From Candidatus Multivoradales bacterium (lineage in GTDB: Bacteria > Acidobacteriota > Thermoanaerobaculia > Multivoradales > J023): a DNA stretch of 64,000 nt. The DNA lies in contig CBDFLE010000005.1 of NCBI GenBank assembly GCA_965248925.1, forward strand, positions 896,001 to 960,000. The letters are read 5' to 3'. The notes beneath the pieces are model-generated. The model had not been told where the DNA came from, did no database searches, and saw nothing but the letters and a program-made list of their open reading frames with translations. The position numbers and the translations under genes were made by a program. Shown piece by piece: positions 10,284 to 19,962 of the stretch (position 1 is its first letter; every line of letters starts with the position of its first letter).

Positions 10284-13049
10284 CTAGTCCAGATAGCCCA
10301 AGGCCTGCAACCTAGCCCGCAACTCGGGATCGACCGTCGACGGCTCCGGCCCTGGATCGTTGACTTCCCCCCGCCAGCTGAGTTCGATACCGTGTTCCGG
10401 CGCCGCTTCCTCGGCTGCCAGGGTTCGCACCTGCCGCCCCTCGATGGCTAAACGCAAGGGCCGGCTGGCAAGCTCTGCCGGCGAGGTCTCGATAGCAAAA
10501 TGGCCGCGGCGTTGCCCCTCGATCTTCAAGGACCCTCGCATGACGATCGGCTCGACCGCCCGCGGCAGCCACAGAGTTAGCCGCTCGCCGGATTCGAGGG
10601 TGAAGCGCAGTCGACCGTCTCGCCACCTGACACTGTCGCTCAGGGAAGTGGTTTTGACCGCCATCAAGCTCACCGCCCGGCTGTTCAAGACCCCACTCAA
10701 GAGGCCAGGCCCAGCGTTTCGCAGCTCGACGGCCAAACCGCGGTAGCTCGACTCCAACAACCCGGTGACTTCCTCTCGCAGAGCGGCCAAACCGGCCTCG
10801 GTAGGCGCCAGGTTGTTGAGTTCGGAAGCATCGCCAGCCAGACGGTAGACCTCCTCGCGGCGGCTCGACTCGGGCCATGGGGAATCGCCGAAAATGTACT
10901 TGAAGCGCCCGCCGTCACGCACTGCCAAACCTAGATTATTAAGTCCGTTGTAGCTGATCGCTCGCCGCGGGTGCCGTTGCCCGGCAGGATCACCCATCAG
11001 CAACGGCACCAGGGAGCGCCCGTCCGCCGGTGGCAATTCGAGACCGGCCAGCTCGATCAGAGTCGGCGCCAGATCGATCTGCCGTACCTGCCGCTCGACC
11101 CGAGCCGACCCCCGTTCGAGATTCGGCGTGGCAATGACCAGCGGCACCATGAGGTTGTCATCATAGAGATTGCCGTGGCCGGCGGAACTGTGCTCACCCA
11201 AGGCTTCGCCATGATCAGAAGTCAGCACCACCACCGTCGACTCGCTCAGACCGAGCTGGTCGAGGCGTTCGAGCAGCCGGCCGATGGCAGCGTCGGTGTA
11301 GGCCAAGCCACTATCATAGAAGGTCTGCACCAAATCGCTGTCCGCAGCGAAGTTCAGCGGCCTCTCCTTGCTGTCGAGGCGATGCACGAACTGGCGCCGA
11401 GCCATCCACCCGTCATCGGCCCGTTCGGGCAGCGGCTCGGGAACAACTTCCACCTTCTCCATCCCTTCAGGACCACCGAACTGCCTGAAGTAGGGTTGCC
11501 GTGCGCGATAGGGGTCGTGGACTTCGTAAGTGTGGAAAAAGAGCAAGAACGGCCGCCGCTCAGCCAGCCGCGGCAGCCATTCGAGAGCTTCTTCCAGACT
11601 GCTGGTTAGCCGGTTCTCTGGCTTCGCGGTGCCAAATGCATAGCGATATCTGTCAAAGCCCTGGGCAAAGCCAAAACGCGGATGCAGAAAACCACCGCCG
11701 GTGATCGCCACCGTGGCATAGCCGGCGTCGCGCAGAGTTTCGGCCAACAACCGCAGACTGAGCGGCGCGCTACGTTTGTGATTAACCCCATGGTTGAGTG
11801 GGTTCAACCCGGAAAGCATCGAAATGTGCGCCGGCAGCGTCCACGGTGCCGCCGCCACTACTTGCTCAAAGGTCACCCCCCGGCGCCGCGCCCAGCGGTC
11901 GATATTCGGCGTCGTCTGCCGCGGGTAGCCGTAGAGGGAGAGATGGTCCGCGCGCAGGGTGTCGATCGAGATCAGCACCACGTTAGGAGGCACCGTGCGC
12001 TCCGTTCCTCTAGCGTTCTTGATCCGTTGGCCAGGGCGGCTCGCGGTGTAGATCTCGGGATGGCCCCAAGCTGGCAATCCGTGCCGGGGATCCACCGGTT
12101 GGGTGGGCGAGGCAACAAAAAGCAGCTCGATCTGGCGCCCCTCCCAGGCCGCCAGATCGACCTCATGATCCTGCCACTTCCCTTTCTGCGCCGGACCCAC
12201 ACGACCTTCGAAGAGCACCGTTTCCTGGCCTTCGAAAGAGGCCGAAACGGTGTAGATCACTCGTTGCAACCAGCTGGTCGGCGCCGAAAAAGCAAAACGC
12301 AACTTGGCACCAGCAGCCACCGTCAGAGAATGGCGCAGAGGAATGTCCGGCACCACCAACCAGGCGTTGCGCAGCTCCCCCACTCGATTGACCTTGCGCG
12401 GTCGGGAGATCAGCTCGGCCAAGCCCTCGCCGGCCAGCTGATAGCGCCAAGCGACCAACTGCCGCAAGCGAGTCTGCTGTCCTGGCATGGCGGTCTGTTC
12501 GATTGCCAGCTGGCGAATCCTGCCGCGCCAGGCGACGTCTTGAGCCAGGTCGAAATAGAACACCCGGCGACCGGTTTCGCCCACCCCTTCGCGGGCGCGC
12601 AGCGAAATGCTGCGCCTACTATCCAACTCCTGCCCCGGCCCGGCCCATAACAGCCGCACCCGGCTCGACCGAAGACCGCTGAGGCCAATCTCCAGCCGGT
12701 CCACCTCGGCGGCATCGAAATCGACTTGCCGCACCAGCCGGGCTTGCTCAGTGGAGTGCGATATGGAGACCATCGCCCCAAAACGAAACTGCCAACCCGG
12801 CTCGAGCCCCTCGATCTGCCAATCTTCGAGTTCCTGCGAACTCGCGAAGCTCCAGCGGAAGGCCTCTATTGGCAGCGAAAAATCCGCCAGGTCAAGAACC
12901 TCCTGGGGATCTTCGGGGATCAAGCGTTCGAGATGCCTCGCGGGGACCTCGCCCGGCCCACCACAAGCAGCAGCCAGACCGCCGACGATCAGGACAGCCG
13001 CCAGCACTCCCTGCGAGCCGGCTGCAACTTGGCGAGAACTCCAGCTCAC
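10284..13049 (-). CDS. Sulfatase-like (alkaline phosphatase superfamily) hydrolase/transferase, probable lipoprotein
   Basis: Lipobox-like LAAAC; ISIDTLRADHL, PWTLPAH, FHTYEVHDPY, TSDHGE; C-terminal LQALGYL. Confidence 0.85.
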   Translation of the reverse strand: MSWSSRQVAAGSQGVLAAVLIVGGLAAACGGPGEVPARHLERLIPEDPQEVLDLADFSLPIEAFRWSFASSQELEDWQIEGLEPGWQFRFGAMVSISHSTEQARLVRQVDFDAAEVDRLEIGLSGLRSSRVRLLWAGPGQELDSRRSISLRAREGVGETGRRVFYFDLAQDVAWRGRIRQLAIEQTAMPGQQTRLRQLVAWRYQLAGEGLAELISRPRKVNRVGELRNAWLVVPDIPLRHSLTVAAGAKLRFAFSAPTSWLQRVIYTVSASFEGQETVLFEGRVGPAQKGKWQDHEVDLAAWEGRQIELLFVASPTQPVDPRHGLPAWGHPEIYTASRPGQRIKNARGTERTVPPNVVLISIDTLRADHLSLYGYPRQTTPNIDRWARRRGVTFEQVVAAAPWTLPAHISMLSGLNPLNHGVNHKRSAPLSLRLLAETLRDAGYATVAITGGGFLHPRFGFAQGFDRYRYAFGTAKPENRLTSSLEEALEWLPRLAERRPFLLFFHTYEVHDPYRARQPYFRQFGGPEGMEKVEVVPEPLPERADDGWMARRQFVHRLDSKERPLNFAADSDLVQTFYDSGLAYTDAAIGRLLERLDQLGLSESTVVVLTSDHGEALGEHSSAGHGNLYDDNLMVPLVIATPNLERGSARVERQVRQIDLAPTLIELAGLELPPADGRSLVPLLMGDPAGQRHPRRAISYNGLNNLGLAVRDGGRFKYIFGDSPWPESSRREEVYRLAGDASELNNLAPTEAGLAALREEVTGLLESSYRGLAVELRNAGPGLLSGVLNSRAVSLMAVKTTSLSDSVRWRDGRLRFTLESGERLTLWLPRAVEPIVMRGSLKIEGQRRGHFAIETSPAELASRPLRLAIEGRQVRTLAAEEAAPEHGIELSWRGEVNDPGPEPSTVDPELRARLQALGYLD

Positions 13050-14509
13050 AAGTAACCCAAAGCGCGAATGGCCGCTTCTTGCTCGGCGCTGAGGTCCTGC
13101 GGCTCGGGCTGCGGGAATTGCTGCGACAGCCGGTTGCCGCGCCGCAAGCGCTGTTCAATCAAGGCGGTCAGGCGGGCGACATCGGCGGGCCGCTCGGCCG
13201 CCAAGTCATGGCTTTCTGTCGGATCGCTGCGCAGGTCATAGAGTTCCGCCCGGTCGACACGCAAGATCAACTTCAAGCCGTCGGTATCGATCATCGTCCG
13301 ATCACGACCATACTCACAGTAGACTGGCCGCAAATTGGCGCTACCGCCACGGACCGCCGCCGCCAGGCTAGAACCTGTCCACTGCTCCGCCGCTTCGATT
13401 CCAGCCAACTCGGCCAAGGTTGGCGGCAAATCGGTGAGTTCCAGCCAACCAGCTACTCGGCGCGGGGTAGCGGTTGGCGCCTTGATCACCAGCGGCACAT
13501 GGATATTTTCCTGGTAGAGATCGTGGTGAAAGAAGCCGCCATGCTCGAAAAAAGCCTCGCCATGGTCGGCCACCACGGCAATCACCGTATCGCCCCCGAG
13601 ACCATCCAGAGCGGCGAGCAAGCGACCCAACTGAGCGTCCCAATAGGTGATCTCTGCATCGTAAAGCGCCAACAAGCGTCGCAAGTCGCCGGCACCGAGC
13701 GCTTTCTCACCTTTGTCGAAGGGCACGATCTGGCCATGATTGCCGTTCAATTGACTACTGCTCTCGGGATCCAGCCAGCGCTCGAAATAGGGCGTGGGAG
13801 CGCGGTAGGAAGCGTGTACATCCATGTAGTGCAGATAGAGGAAAAACGGCCGCTCGGGGTCGCGCTCAGCACTGAGCCAAGCGAGAATCCGATCGGTCAA
13901 CTGCTGGCCGCTGTCACCATGCTCCTTGGGCTTTTGACCGATGAAATGAAAAGCATCGAAACCCTGATCGAAGCCCCGACCGGCATTGATCACGTCGGAC
14001 TTGACCACCGCCACTGTTTGATAGCCCGCCGCCTGGAACCGTTCGGCCAATGTATCGTGCGCCAAGGACATGGCGTCGAGCTGCACCGCCGCCACATCGC
14101 CGTCGCCGAAGCCGGCGTGCTTCTTCGGGTCAATGAAGCGTCGCACCCGGTGGGCCTGCGGATCGACACCGGTGAACAACGAAGCCACCGACGGCACCGT
14201 CCAGGCAGTCTGGCTGATCACTTGCTCGAACACCGTGCCGCTGGCCGCCAGCCGATCCAGATGCGGCGTGGTGGAACGCTGATCGAAACCATACGGCCCT
14301 AGCCGGTCGGCGCGCATGGCATCGGAAAGAATCACCACCACGTTGGCCGCAGCCACCGTACCGCCAGATGGCTGCGGCCCGCTGGGCGCACAGCCACCGC
14401 CGATCAGCAAGACCAGCAGAGTCGCGAGGAGTCCGCATACTGACAGTCGAGAGTTGCGCGCACGAGCCTCGAGCCGTCGCGAGTTTGCGTTCTTGCCGCT
14501 CTTTAACAT
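13046..14509 (-). CDS. Sulfatase-like hydrolase/transferase, probable lipoprotein (start placed at ATG 14509)
   Basis: Hydrophobic LLATLLVLLIGGGC; SDAMRADRL, AWTVPSV, HYMDVH, ADHGE; ends IRALGYL. The longer track ORF overlaps the upstream gene. Confidence 0.8.
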   Translation of the reverse strand: MLKSGKNANSRRLEARARNSRLSVCGLLATLLVLLIGGGCAPSGPQPSGGTVAAANVVVILSDAMRADRLGPYGFDQRSTTPHLDRLAASGTVFEQVISQTAWTVPSVASLFTGVDPQAHRVRRFIDPKKHAGFGDGDVAAVQLDAMSLAHDTLAERFQAAGYQTVAVVKSDVINAGRGFDQGFDAFHFIGQKPKEHGDSGQQLTDRILAWLSAERDPERPFFLYLHYMDVHASYRAPTPYFERWLDPESSSQLNGNHGQIVPFDKGEKALGAGDLRRLLALYDAEITYWDAQLGRLLAALDGLGGDTVIAVVADHGEAFFEHGGFFHHDLYQENIHVPLVIKAPTATPRRVAGWLELTDLPPTLAELAGIEAAEQWTGSSLAAAVRGGSANLRPVYCEYGRDRTMIDTDGLKLILRVDRAELYDLRSDPTESHDLAAERPADVARLTALIEQRLRRGNRLSQQFPQPEPQDLSAEQEAAIRALGYL

Positions 14510-14534
14510 CGTTATTCTGCCCTCCCCCCACCGC

Positions 14535-16487
14535 CTAACGGGGCCCCTCCTTCGAGGTAAGCTGGCGCAGCTCTTCTTCGGTCGCGGCGAGCTTGGCGTT
14601 GACTGCCGCCAGAGTGTCGACCAGTTGCAGATTCTGATCGCCCAAACCTTGCAAACGGGCATAAGTCTGGGCCAGTTCCTCATCACGTTGGTGCAGGCGG
14701 GAGACTTCACCTTCGATGCGCTGCTCGGCCTCTTGCTTGAACCCGCGCAGTCGCTCTTCAGCCTGCTGCAGTTCGCTTTCCGCCGCGGCCTCGAACCCTG
14801 GCTGGCGCGGCCACGGCCGACGCTCGCTGAAAGGCTCCAGCAGCAGCTTTTCGAAGCGAGCCGTGGCCTGTTCCTCGGAGTCAGTGCCCACTAGCCGCTG
14901 AAAGCTGACCTCTAGCTTGAGATCCGCTGCCAGATCCGCGGTCAAGCCAAGTCGGCCGCACAGCAGATCATAAAGCTCGCCCAAGCAGCGCATTTCGAGT
15001 CGGCGATGAAAGTAGTGCCAACAGCCCCCTAGCACCACCACGTTGCGCAGCACATGCCAGGAGCGGCGCATGTCGATGTCTTCGAGTTGCCATTCCAAGT
15101 CAAAGAGTTCATAAGTCGAGGGCCCTCGTTCGACCACCACCGCATTGGTTAAGACGGCGTCTAGGGCCCGGCCATCGAGCCCCGCGGAGGTTCCTGGCAG
15201 GTGGTCAGCTACCCAATTACAGAAACCGGTCAGACGGTCGACGAAAGCCTGCCAACGATCGAAGTAGAGCTCGCGCAGGAGTTCCAGGCGCAGACGCTTG
15301 CCGCGAGCTACCAAGACCAGACCTGGGGAACGCCAGCGAATGCGCGAGCCATCTGCCAACCGCCGTAGATCTGGGGGGGGTGGCGCAGCGGCCTGCTTGT
15401 CGGCCAGCAGCTTTCCCCGCGGATCGAGCAGCAATCGCGACACGGTTGGCCAGCGCCGGTCGCGGGAGTAGTGCCAGGCCAGAGTTTGGCAGCCCGCCTT
15501 CGCTAGATCCTCGGGCTCGGCGGTCAAGTGGCGCAGAATGTCGGAGTCTTCCAGACCACAGGCGGCGATCAAAAAGGAGTTGGCGTGCTCGACCAACAAG
15601 CCGTCACGAGCCAGCCCTTCGAGCACCAATTCGTCGGGCAGCAACTGACTACGCGCCTGGCCACCGGTCTCGGAGGTCTCGTAGCAAGCCAGGTCGGCGG
15701 CCAATCGCGGCGCTCGGCGAGCCAAGTCCGGCCGCAAGATCGATCGAGTCAACTTGTAGTCGGGGAAGGGCAAATACTCCTGCCGATGGCCGAGTCCAGC
15801 CCGCGTCAGACGCGCCGCTAGCTCGTGACGGCCGAAAGTTCGCGTCACCGGCGCGGCGGGATAGCCCGCCAAGCCATCGAACAGACAACCGCTGTGATCT
15901 TCCGCCGCACCGCACCAATACTTGACCCCTAGCCGATTCTCGATCGCTAGAAGCAACACCCCACCCGGTCGCAAATAGCCCCTTGCCCGCCGCAAGATGA
16001 AATCGAAGGCGTCGCCAGCCGGGTCGTCCACAGCCGCCTCGGCGGGCATCTCGACGTAGAGTTCGGCATACTCCAAGACACCGATCATCAGCACAACATC
16101 GAAATGTCGATCGCTGGCGAAATGCTCCATGCGAACGACTTCGCCACTCCAATTGTCCAAATCCCGCAGCCGGGCCGACAAGCCGGCAAAGCGTTCAGCG
16201 CTGGCTTCGACTACGGTCAACGAAGCGGCGCGCTCGGCTAACAAACGCGACACCGCTCCCATGCCGGCGCCCAATTCCAAAACGTCAAGACCGGAAAAAT
16301 CGAAATGCCGCAATAGCTGGCTGCGTTCAGCCGCTAGGTGGTAGCGCAGAGGCCAGCTGCGGCCCTGTTCCTCGGCGGCGATCTGCACCTCCGAACCTAG
16401 TTGGTCGGCAGCTTGGATCAGCTCCACCACGCGGCGCTCGACCGCGGCACCGTCGGAGTAGTCGAATGACTTCGGCATAGGGCGCAT
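14535..16487 (-). CDS. Class I SAM methyltransferase with kinase-like middle region and C-terminal coiled coil
   Basis: VLELGAGMGA SAM motif; IGVLEY, AIENRLG, PFPDYK; LDAVLTN...FDLEW; heptad-rich C-terminus. Confidence 0.8.
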   Translation of the reverse strand: MRPMPKSFDYSDGAAVERRVVELIQAADQLGSEVQIAAEEQGRSWPLRYHLAAERSQLLRHFDFSGLDVLELGAGMGAVSRLLAERAASLTVVEASAERFAGLSARLRDLDNWSGEVVRMEHFASDRHFDVVLMIGVLEYAELYVEMPAEAAVDDPAGDAFDFILRRARGYLRPGGVLLLAIENRLGVKYWCGAAEDHSGCLFDGLAGYPAAPVTRTFGRHELAARLTRAGLGHRQEYLPFPDYKLTRSILRPDLARRAPRLAADLACYETSETGGQARSQLLPDELVLEGLARDGLLVEHANSFLIAACGLEDSDILRHLTAEPEDLAKAGCQTLAWHYSRDRRWPTVSRLLLDPRGKLLADKQAAAPPPPDLRRLADGSRIRWRSPGLVLVARGKRLRLELLRELYFDRWQAFVDRLTGFCNWVADHLPGTSAGLDGRALDAVLTNAVVVERGPSTYELFDLEWQLEDIDMRRSWHVLRNVVVLGGCWHYFHRRLEMRCLGELYDLLCGRLGLTADLAADLKLEVSFQRLVGTDSEEQATARFEKLLLEPFSERRPWPRQPGFEAAAESELQQAEERLRGFKQEAEQRIEGEVSRLHQRDEELAQTYARLQGLGDQNLQLVDTLAAVNAKLAATEEELRQLTSKEGPR

Positions 16488-16561
16488 CTTAGCCGCTGCA
16501 GAGGGTGAGGGGCGAGTCGGTATCGCATGCTAAGCTGCCCGCCGCTCGTACCCGTAAACCG

Positions 16562-18022
16562 ATGAAAACAGCCGCTAGCAACAGACCCGCCAACGCCCCG
16601 CACGCCGCGTCTGCTCAACCTTTGGTCCTTGGCACCGCCAGGTACCGCGGTGGCTGGCTCGCTACCACGGGGCTGGCCTATTCCTTCGCCCTGGCCCTCA
16701 GTCTAGGCTGTGGCGACACCCAGACCACGGCCCCCGAGGTCGCGCTGCCCGCCGCTCCGCACCCGATTATCGTCCTCGACATCGACACCCTGCGCGCCGA
16801 TCGGCTCGGCACCTACGGCTACGACGGCTATACCAGCCCGACCATCGATCAGTTGGCCGCGCAGGGTGTGGTCTTCGAATGGACCTTCAGCCAAGCCCCC
16901 AACACCGGCCCTTCGCAGGCCTCGATCCTCACCGGCCTCTACCCCTCGACCCACGGCAAGATCGCCGACGAGGACCAGATACCGCAGTCGGTGGAGACTC
17001 TGGCCGAAGCCCTGCGGCGGCACGGTTACAGCGCCGCGGCCTTCGTCGATGGTGGTTTCATGAGCGCTGAGTTCGGGGGCGATCAGGGCTTTGAGCCCTA
17101 CAACGACAGCCGCGGCGGCGGGCTGAAGAAGATCGGCCCCAAAGTCGACCGCTGGCTCGCCGAGCACGCCGAGGAAGACTTCTTCCTGCTGATCCACACC
17201 TACGACGTCCACACACCTTACGCTCCGCCGCAGGATTATCAAGATCGCTTCACCGCCGGCCTTGCGGCGCCCACCCCAGGATTCGCACCGAGCCCCAAAG
17301 AGCTGGAAGCGATCCGCCTGTCGCGCTACAGCGGCGAGCCGCGGCAGCTGTCCGCCAATGATCTGGCCTGGGCATCGGCGCTTTACGACGCCGGCATTCG
17401 CTGGGTGGACGACTGGCTAAAAGGATTCCTCGAACGGCTCGAGCGCCTCGGCTTGCTTGATCGCGCCACCCTGGTGGTGATCTCGGACCATGGCGAGGAA
17501 TTCCAAGAACACGGCTCAGTGCTACACGAAAAGCTCTACTCGACGGTCACCCGCGTACCCTTGATCTTGCGCCCACCTGGCGGCATCGCCGGACGGCGAA
17601 TTAGCGCCGTGGTCCAGACAATCGATCTGATGCCGACCCTGCTGGAGCTAGCAGGTGCGGCGCCAGTGGCGGGAGTACAAGGCAGCAGCCTGCTGCCGTT
17701 GATTCGCGGCGAGCAGACGGCAGGTGCCCGGCTGGCGGTCAGCGAGTCGCCCTTCTTTGGCCAGCGCCGGGCGATCACGGTGGGCGACTACCGCTTGCTG
17801 TGGACCCGTTCCAGCGAGCAGATCGAACTCTACCGATTCCGCGACGACCGCGCCGAAGCCACCGACTTAACCCAGGCCGAGCCCGAACAGGCGGCGCGAC
17901 TGCGCCAAGGTCTCGCCGGCTGGCAGCAGATGGTCGACCAAAGCCACATCCACAGCGCCGAGTCCAGCCGGCCCGCGGCCGAGACCCTTGAGCAACTGCG
18001 CGCTCTAGGCTACCTCCAATAG
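16562..18022 (+). CDS. Sulfatase-like hydrolase/transferase, probable lipoprotein (start uncertain)
   Basis: LALSLGC lipobox-like; IDTLRADRL, PNTGPSQ, HTYDVHTPY, SDHGEE; ends LRALGYLQ. Confidence 0.85.
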   Translation: MKTAASNRPANAPHAASAQPLVLGTARYRGGWLATTGLAYSFALALSLGCGDTQTTAPEVALPAAPHPIIVLDIDTLRADRLGTYGYDGYTSPTIDQLAAQGVVFEWTFSQAPNTGPSQASILTGLYPSTHGKIADEDQIPQSVETLAEALRRHGYSAAAFVDGGFMSAEFGGDQGFEPYNDSRGGGLKKIGPKVDRWLAEHAEEDFFLLIHTYDVHTPYAPPQDYQDRFTAGLAAPTPGFAPSPKELEAIRLSRYSGEPRQLSANDLAWASALYDAGIRWVDDWLKGFLERLERLGLLDRATLVVISDHGEEFQEHGSVLHEKLYSTVTRVPLILRPPGGIAGRRISAVVQTIDLMPTLLELAGAAPVAGVQGSSLLPLIRGEQTAGARLAVSESPFFGQRRAITVGDYRLLWTRSSEQIELYRFRDDRAEATDLTQAEPEQAARLRQGLAGWQQMVDQSHIHSAESSRPAAETLEQLRALGYLQ

Positions 18023-18058
18023 ACCAATCGGTGGTCCGCGGAGCCGAACCCAAAACAG

Positions 18059-19930
18059 ATGCCGGTCTTACCCCAGTTCTTCCACCGACTCTTAGCGCCT
18101 CCGCTGCGTTCCATCAAGCGGCGCCTCGCCGAACGCAGCTATCACCGGGCCCTACGCCAAGGGCAAGCCGCCGGCGCCTACGTCTATCGCTTCGTCACCA
18201 CCGGGGCGCGGGGCGACGCCGGCATCGAGGTGCGACTGCGAGCCGAGGCCTGTACGCCGACAGCAGCAACCCGTTGGTGTGCCCAGCAGACTCTGGTCGA
18301 ACTCCAGGTAGTGGGTCTCGAGAACAACGGCCAAGTAGCCTGGCGGGTCGACGCCGGCGGCCCGGTGGACGAGCCGGAAGCCCTGCCGGCCAAATGGTTT
18401 CTGGCCCCCGGCGAGCTGCCGGACTTCTATCCCGCACTGCTGGAGTCTGCGTGGCTGGTAGCGGCCGGTGAGGTGCTCGACGCGGTCATCCTGGGAGAAC
18501 GCCTGGAGCTGCCCGAGGCCACCGAGGTCAGCGCAATCAGGATCCCTGAGCTACGCCGAGTGAGCTTGTTACGCGCCGCCGCTTGGTCCTACCAGCCCCA
18601 CTCCGACCAGGTGCAGCCGACGAGGAAACAGCTGTTAGTCAAGCAGATCGGTGCTGCCGGAGTGGCTGCAGAATCCCGCGCAGCCGAGTGCTGGACCACC
18701 ACTCGCCGGGGTCCTTATCTGGGCACCCACAACTTTGGGCCGGTGCTCGAGGTTGGCGTCCGTGACGCCGCCGCGACACCGCGGCGGCAACAATCCTTCT
18801 CCAAGCCCGTGCTGCTAGTGAGCAACTGCTTCCTGGCCCGCGGCGGCGCCGAGCACACCCTCTTCGAAACCCTGAGGGCATTGCAGGAGCGCTTCGAGAT
18901 CGCCATCGTCACCCTGGCCCCGCACCGCCCCGAGTTGGGCGACCGGCGAGAGGATTTCCGCCAGATCACCGAACGCATCTACTGCCTCGGCGATCTGGCC
19001 CACCCGGCGGCGATGTATGGCATGTTGCTATCACTAATCGACTCCCTCGGCGTCGAAGTGCTTTACAACGCCAACGGCACTACTTTGTTTTATCAGTATG
19101 CGCCACGGCTCAAGGCCGACCGTCCCGGTCTGCGCATTCTCGACCACCTGTACGATCACCTGCACGGCTACATCGAACACTACAGCCGGGCTCTGCTCGA
19201 CACGGTAGATGCCTGCGTCGCCGAAAACCGTCGTATCGCCGAGACCCTGGCTGCCGAACACGGTTGGCCGCGGCAGCGGGCGCCGGTGATCTGGCCTTGC
19301 GGCCGCCGCCGCGACGCCTTCCCCAGCACCGATCAGATCGCTGCCGTGCGCCGCCGCATTCGCCAACAGCTGAAAGTAGCCAACGACGACCTGCTGATCC
19401 TCACCGCCGCCCGCATGCACCCACAGAAACGGCCCATCGACCTGGTCCACCTGGCGCGAAGGGTCCGCGATCTGCGGCAGGTGCATTTCTTGGTAGTTGG
19501 CGGTGGCGAGTTGTCGGATCAGGTCGATCAGGAGATCAGCAACGATCCGGGAATCAACCTGCGGCGTCTGCCCTTCCGCAGCGACATCCCTGAGCTGATC
19601 ATCGCCGCCGATGTCGGCTGCCTGGTGTCGGAATACGAAGGTCTACCGGTGTTCATGCTCGAATGCCTGCAAGCCGGCCGGCCATTCCTGGGTACCGACG
19701 TGGGGGAGATGGGCTATGTGCTGCGCACCACTGGCGCCGGCCTAGTGACCGATCAGCCCGGCGACTTGGCGTCGCTGGAAGACCATGTGCGCAACCTGTG
19801 CGACCCGGAGTTGTGGTCTGAGTTGGCGCAGAAGGCGAGGGTGGCCGGGAATCGTTTCGACGTCGAGCACTGTGCCGAGCGCTATGCGGCAGTGTTCCTG
19901 GGTCAGGATCTAGTGCCGGAGGAGATCTGA
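18059..19930 (+). CDS. Glycosyltransferase family 4
   Basis: LARGGAE, ARMHPQKRP, SEYEGLPVFMLE, TDVG. Confidence 0.88.
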   Translation: MPVLPQFFHRLLAPPLRSIKRRLAERSYHRALRQGQAAGAYVYRFVTTGARGDAGIEVRLRAEACTPTAATRWCAQQTLVELQVVGLENNGQVAWRVDAGGPVDEPEALPAKWFLAPGELPDFYPALLESAWLVAAGEVLDAVILGERLELPEATEVSAIRIPELRRVSLLRAAAWSYQPHSDQVQPTRKQLLVKQIGAAGVAAESRAAECWTTTRRGPYLGTHNFGPVLEVGVRDAAATPRRQQSFSKPVLLVSNCFLARGGAEHTLFETLRALQERFEIAIVTLAPHRPELGDRREDFRQITERIYCLGDLAHPAAMYGMLLSLIDSLGVEVLYNANGTTLFYQYAPRLKADRPGLRILDHLYDHLHGYIEHYSRALLDTVDACVAENRRIAETLAAEHGWPRQRAPVIWPCGRRRDAFPSTDQIAAVRRRIRQQLKVANDDLLILTAARMHPQKRPIDLVHLARRVRDLRQVHFLVVGGGELSDQVDQEISNDPGINLRRLPFRSDIPELIIAADVGCLVSEYEGLPVFMLECLQAGRPFLGTDVGEMGYVLRTTGAGLVTDQPGDLASLEDHVRNLCDPELWSELAQKARVAGNRFDVEHCAERYAAVFLGQDLVPEEI

Positions 19931-19962
19931 GTCAGCCATCCCCACGGCCCCAGGCACAGCCC

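Noticed and set aside
12869-14302. 477-aa plus-strand ORF (and similar 11682..12650)
   Set aside because: Antisense shadows of the sulfatase-like genes.
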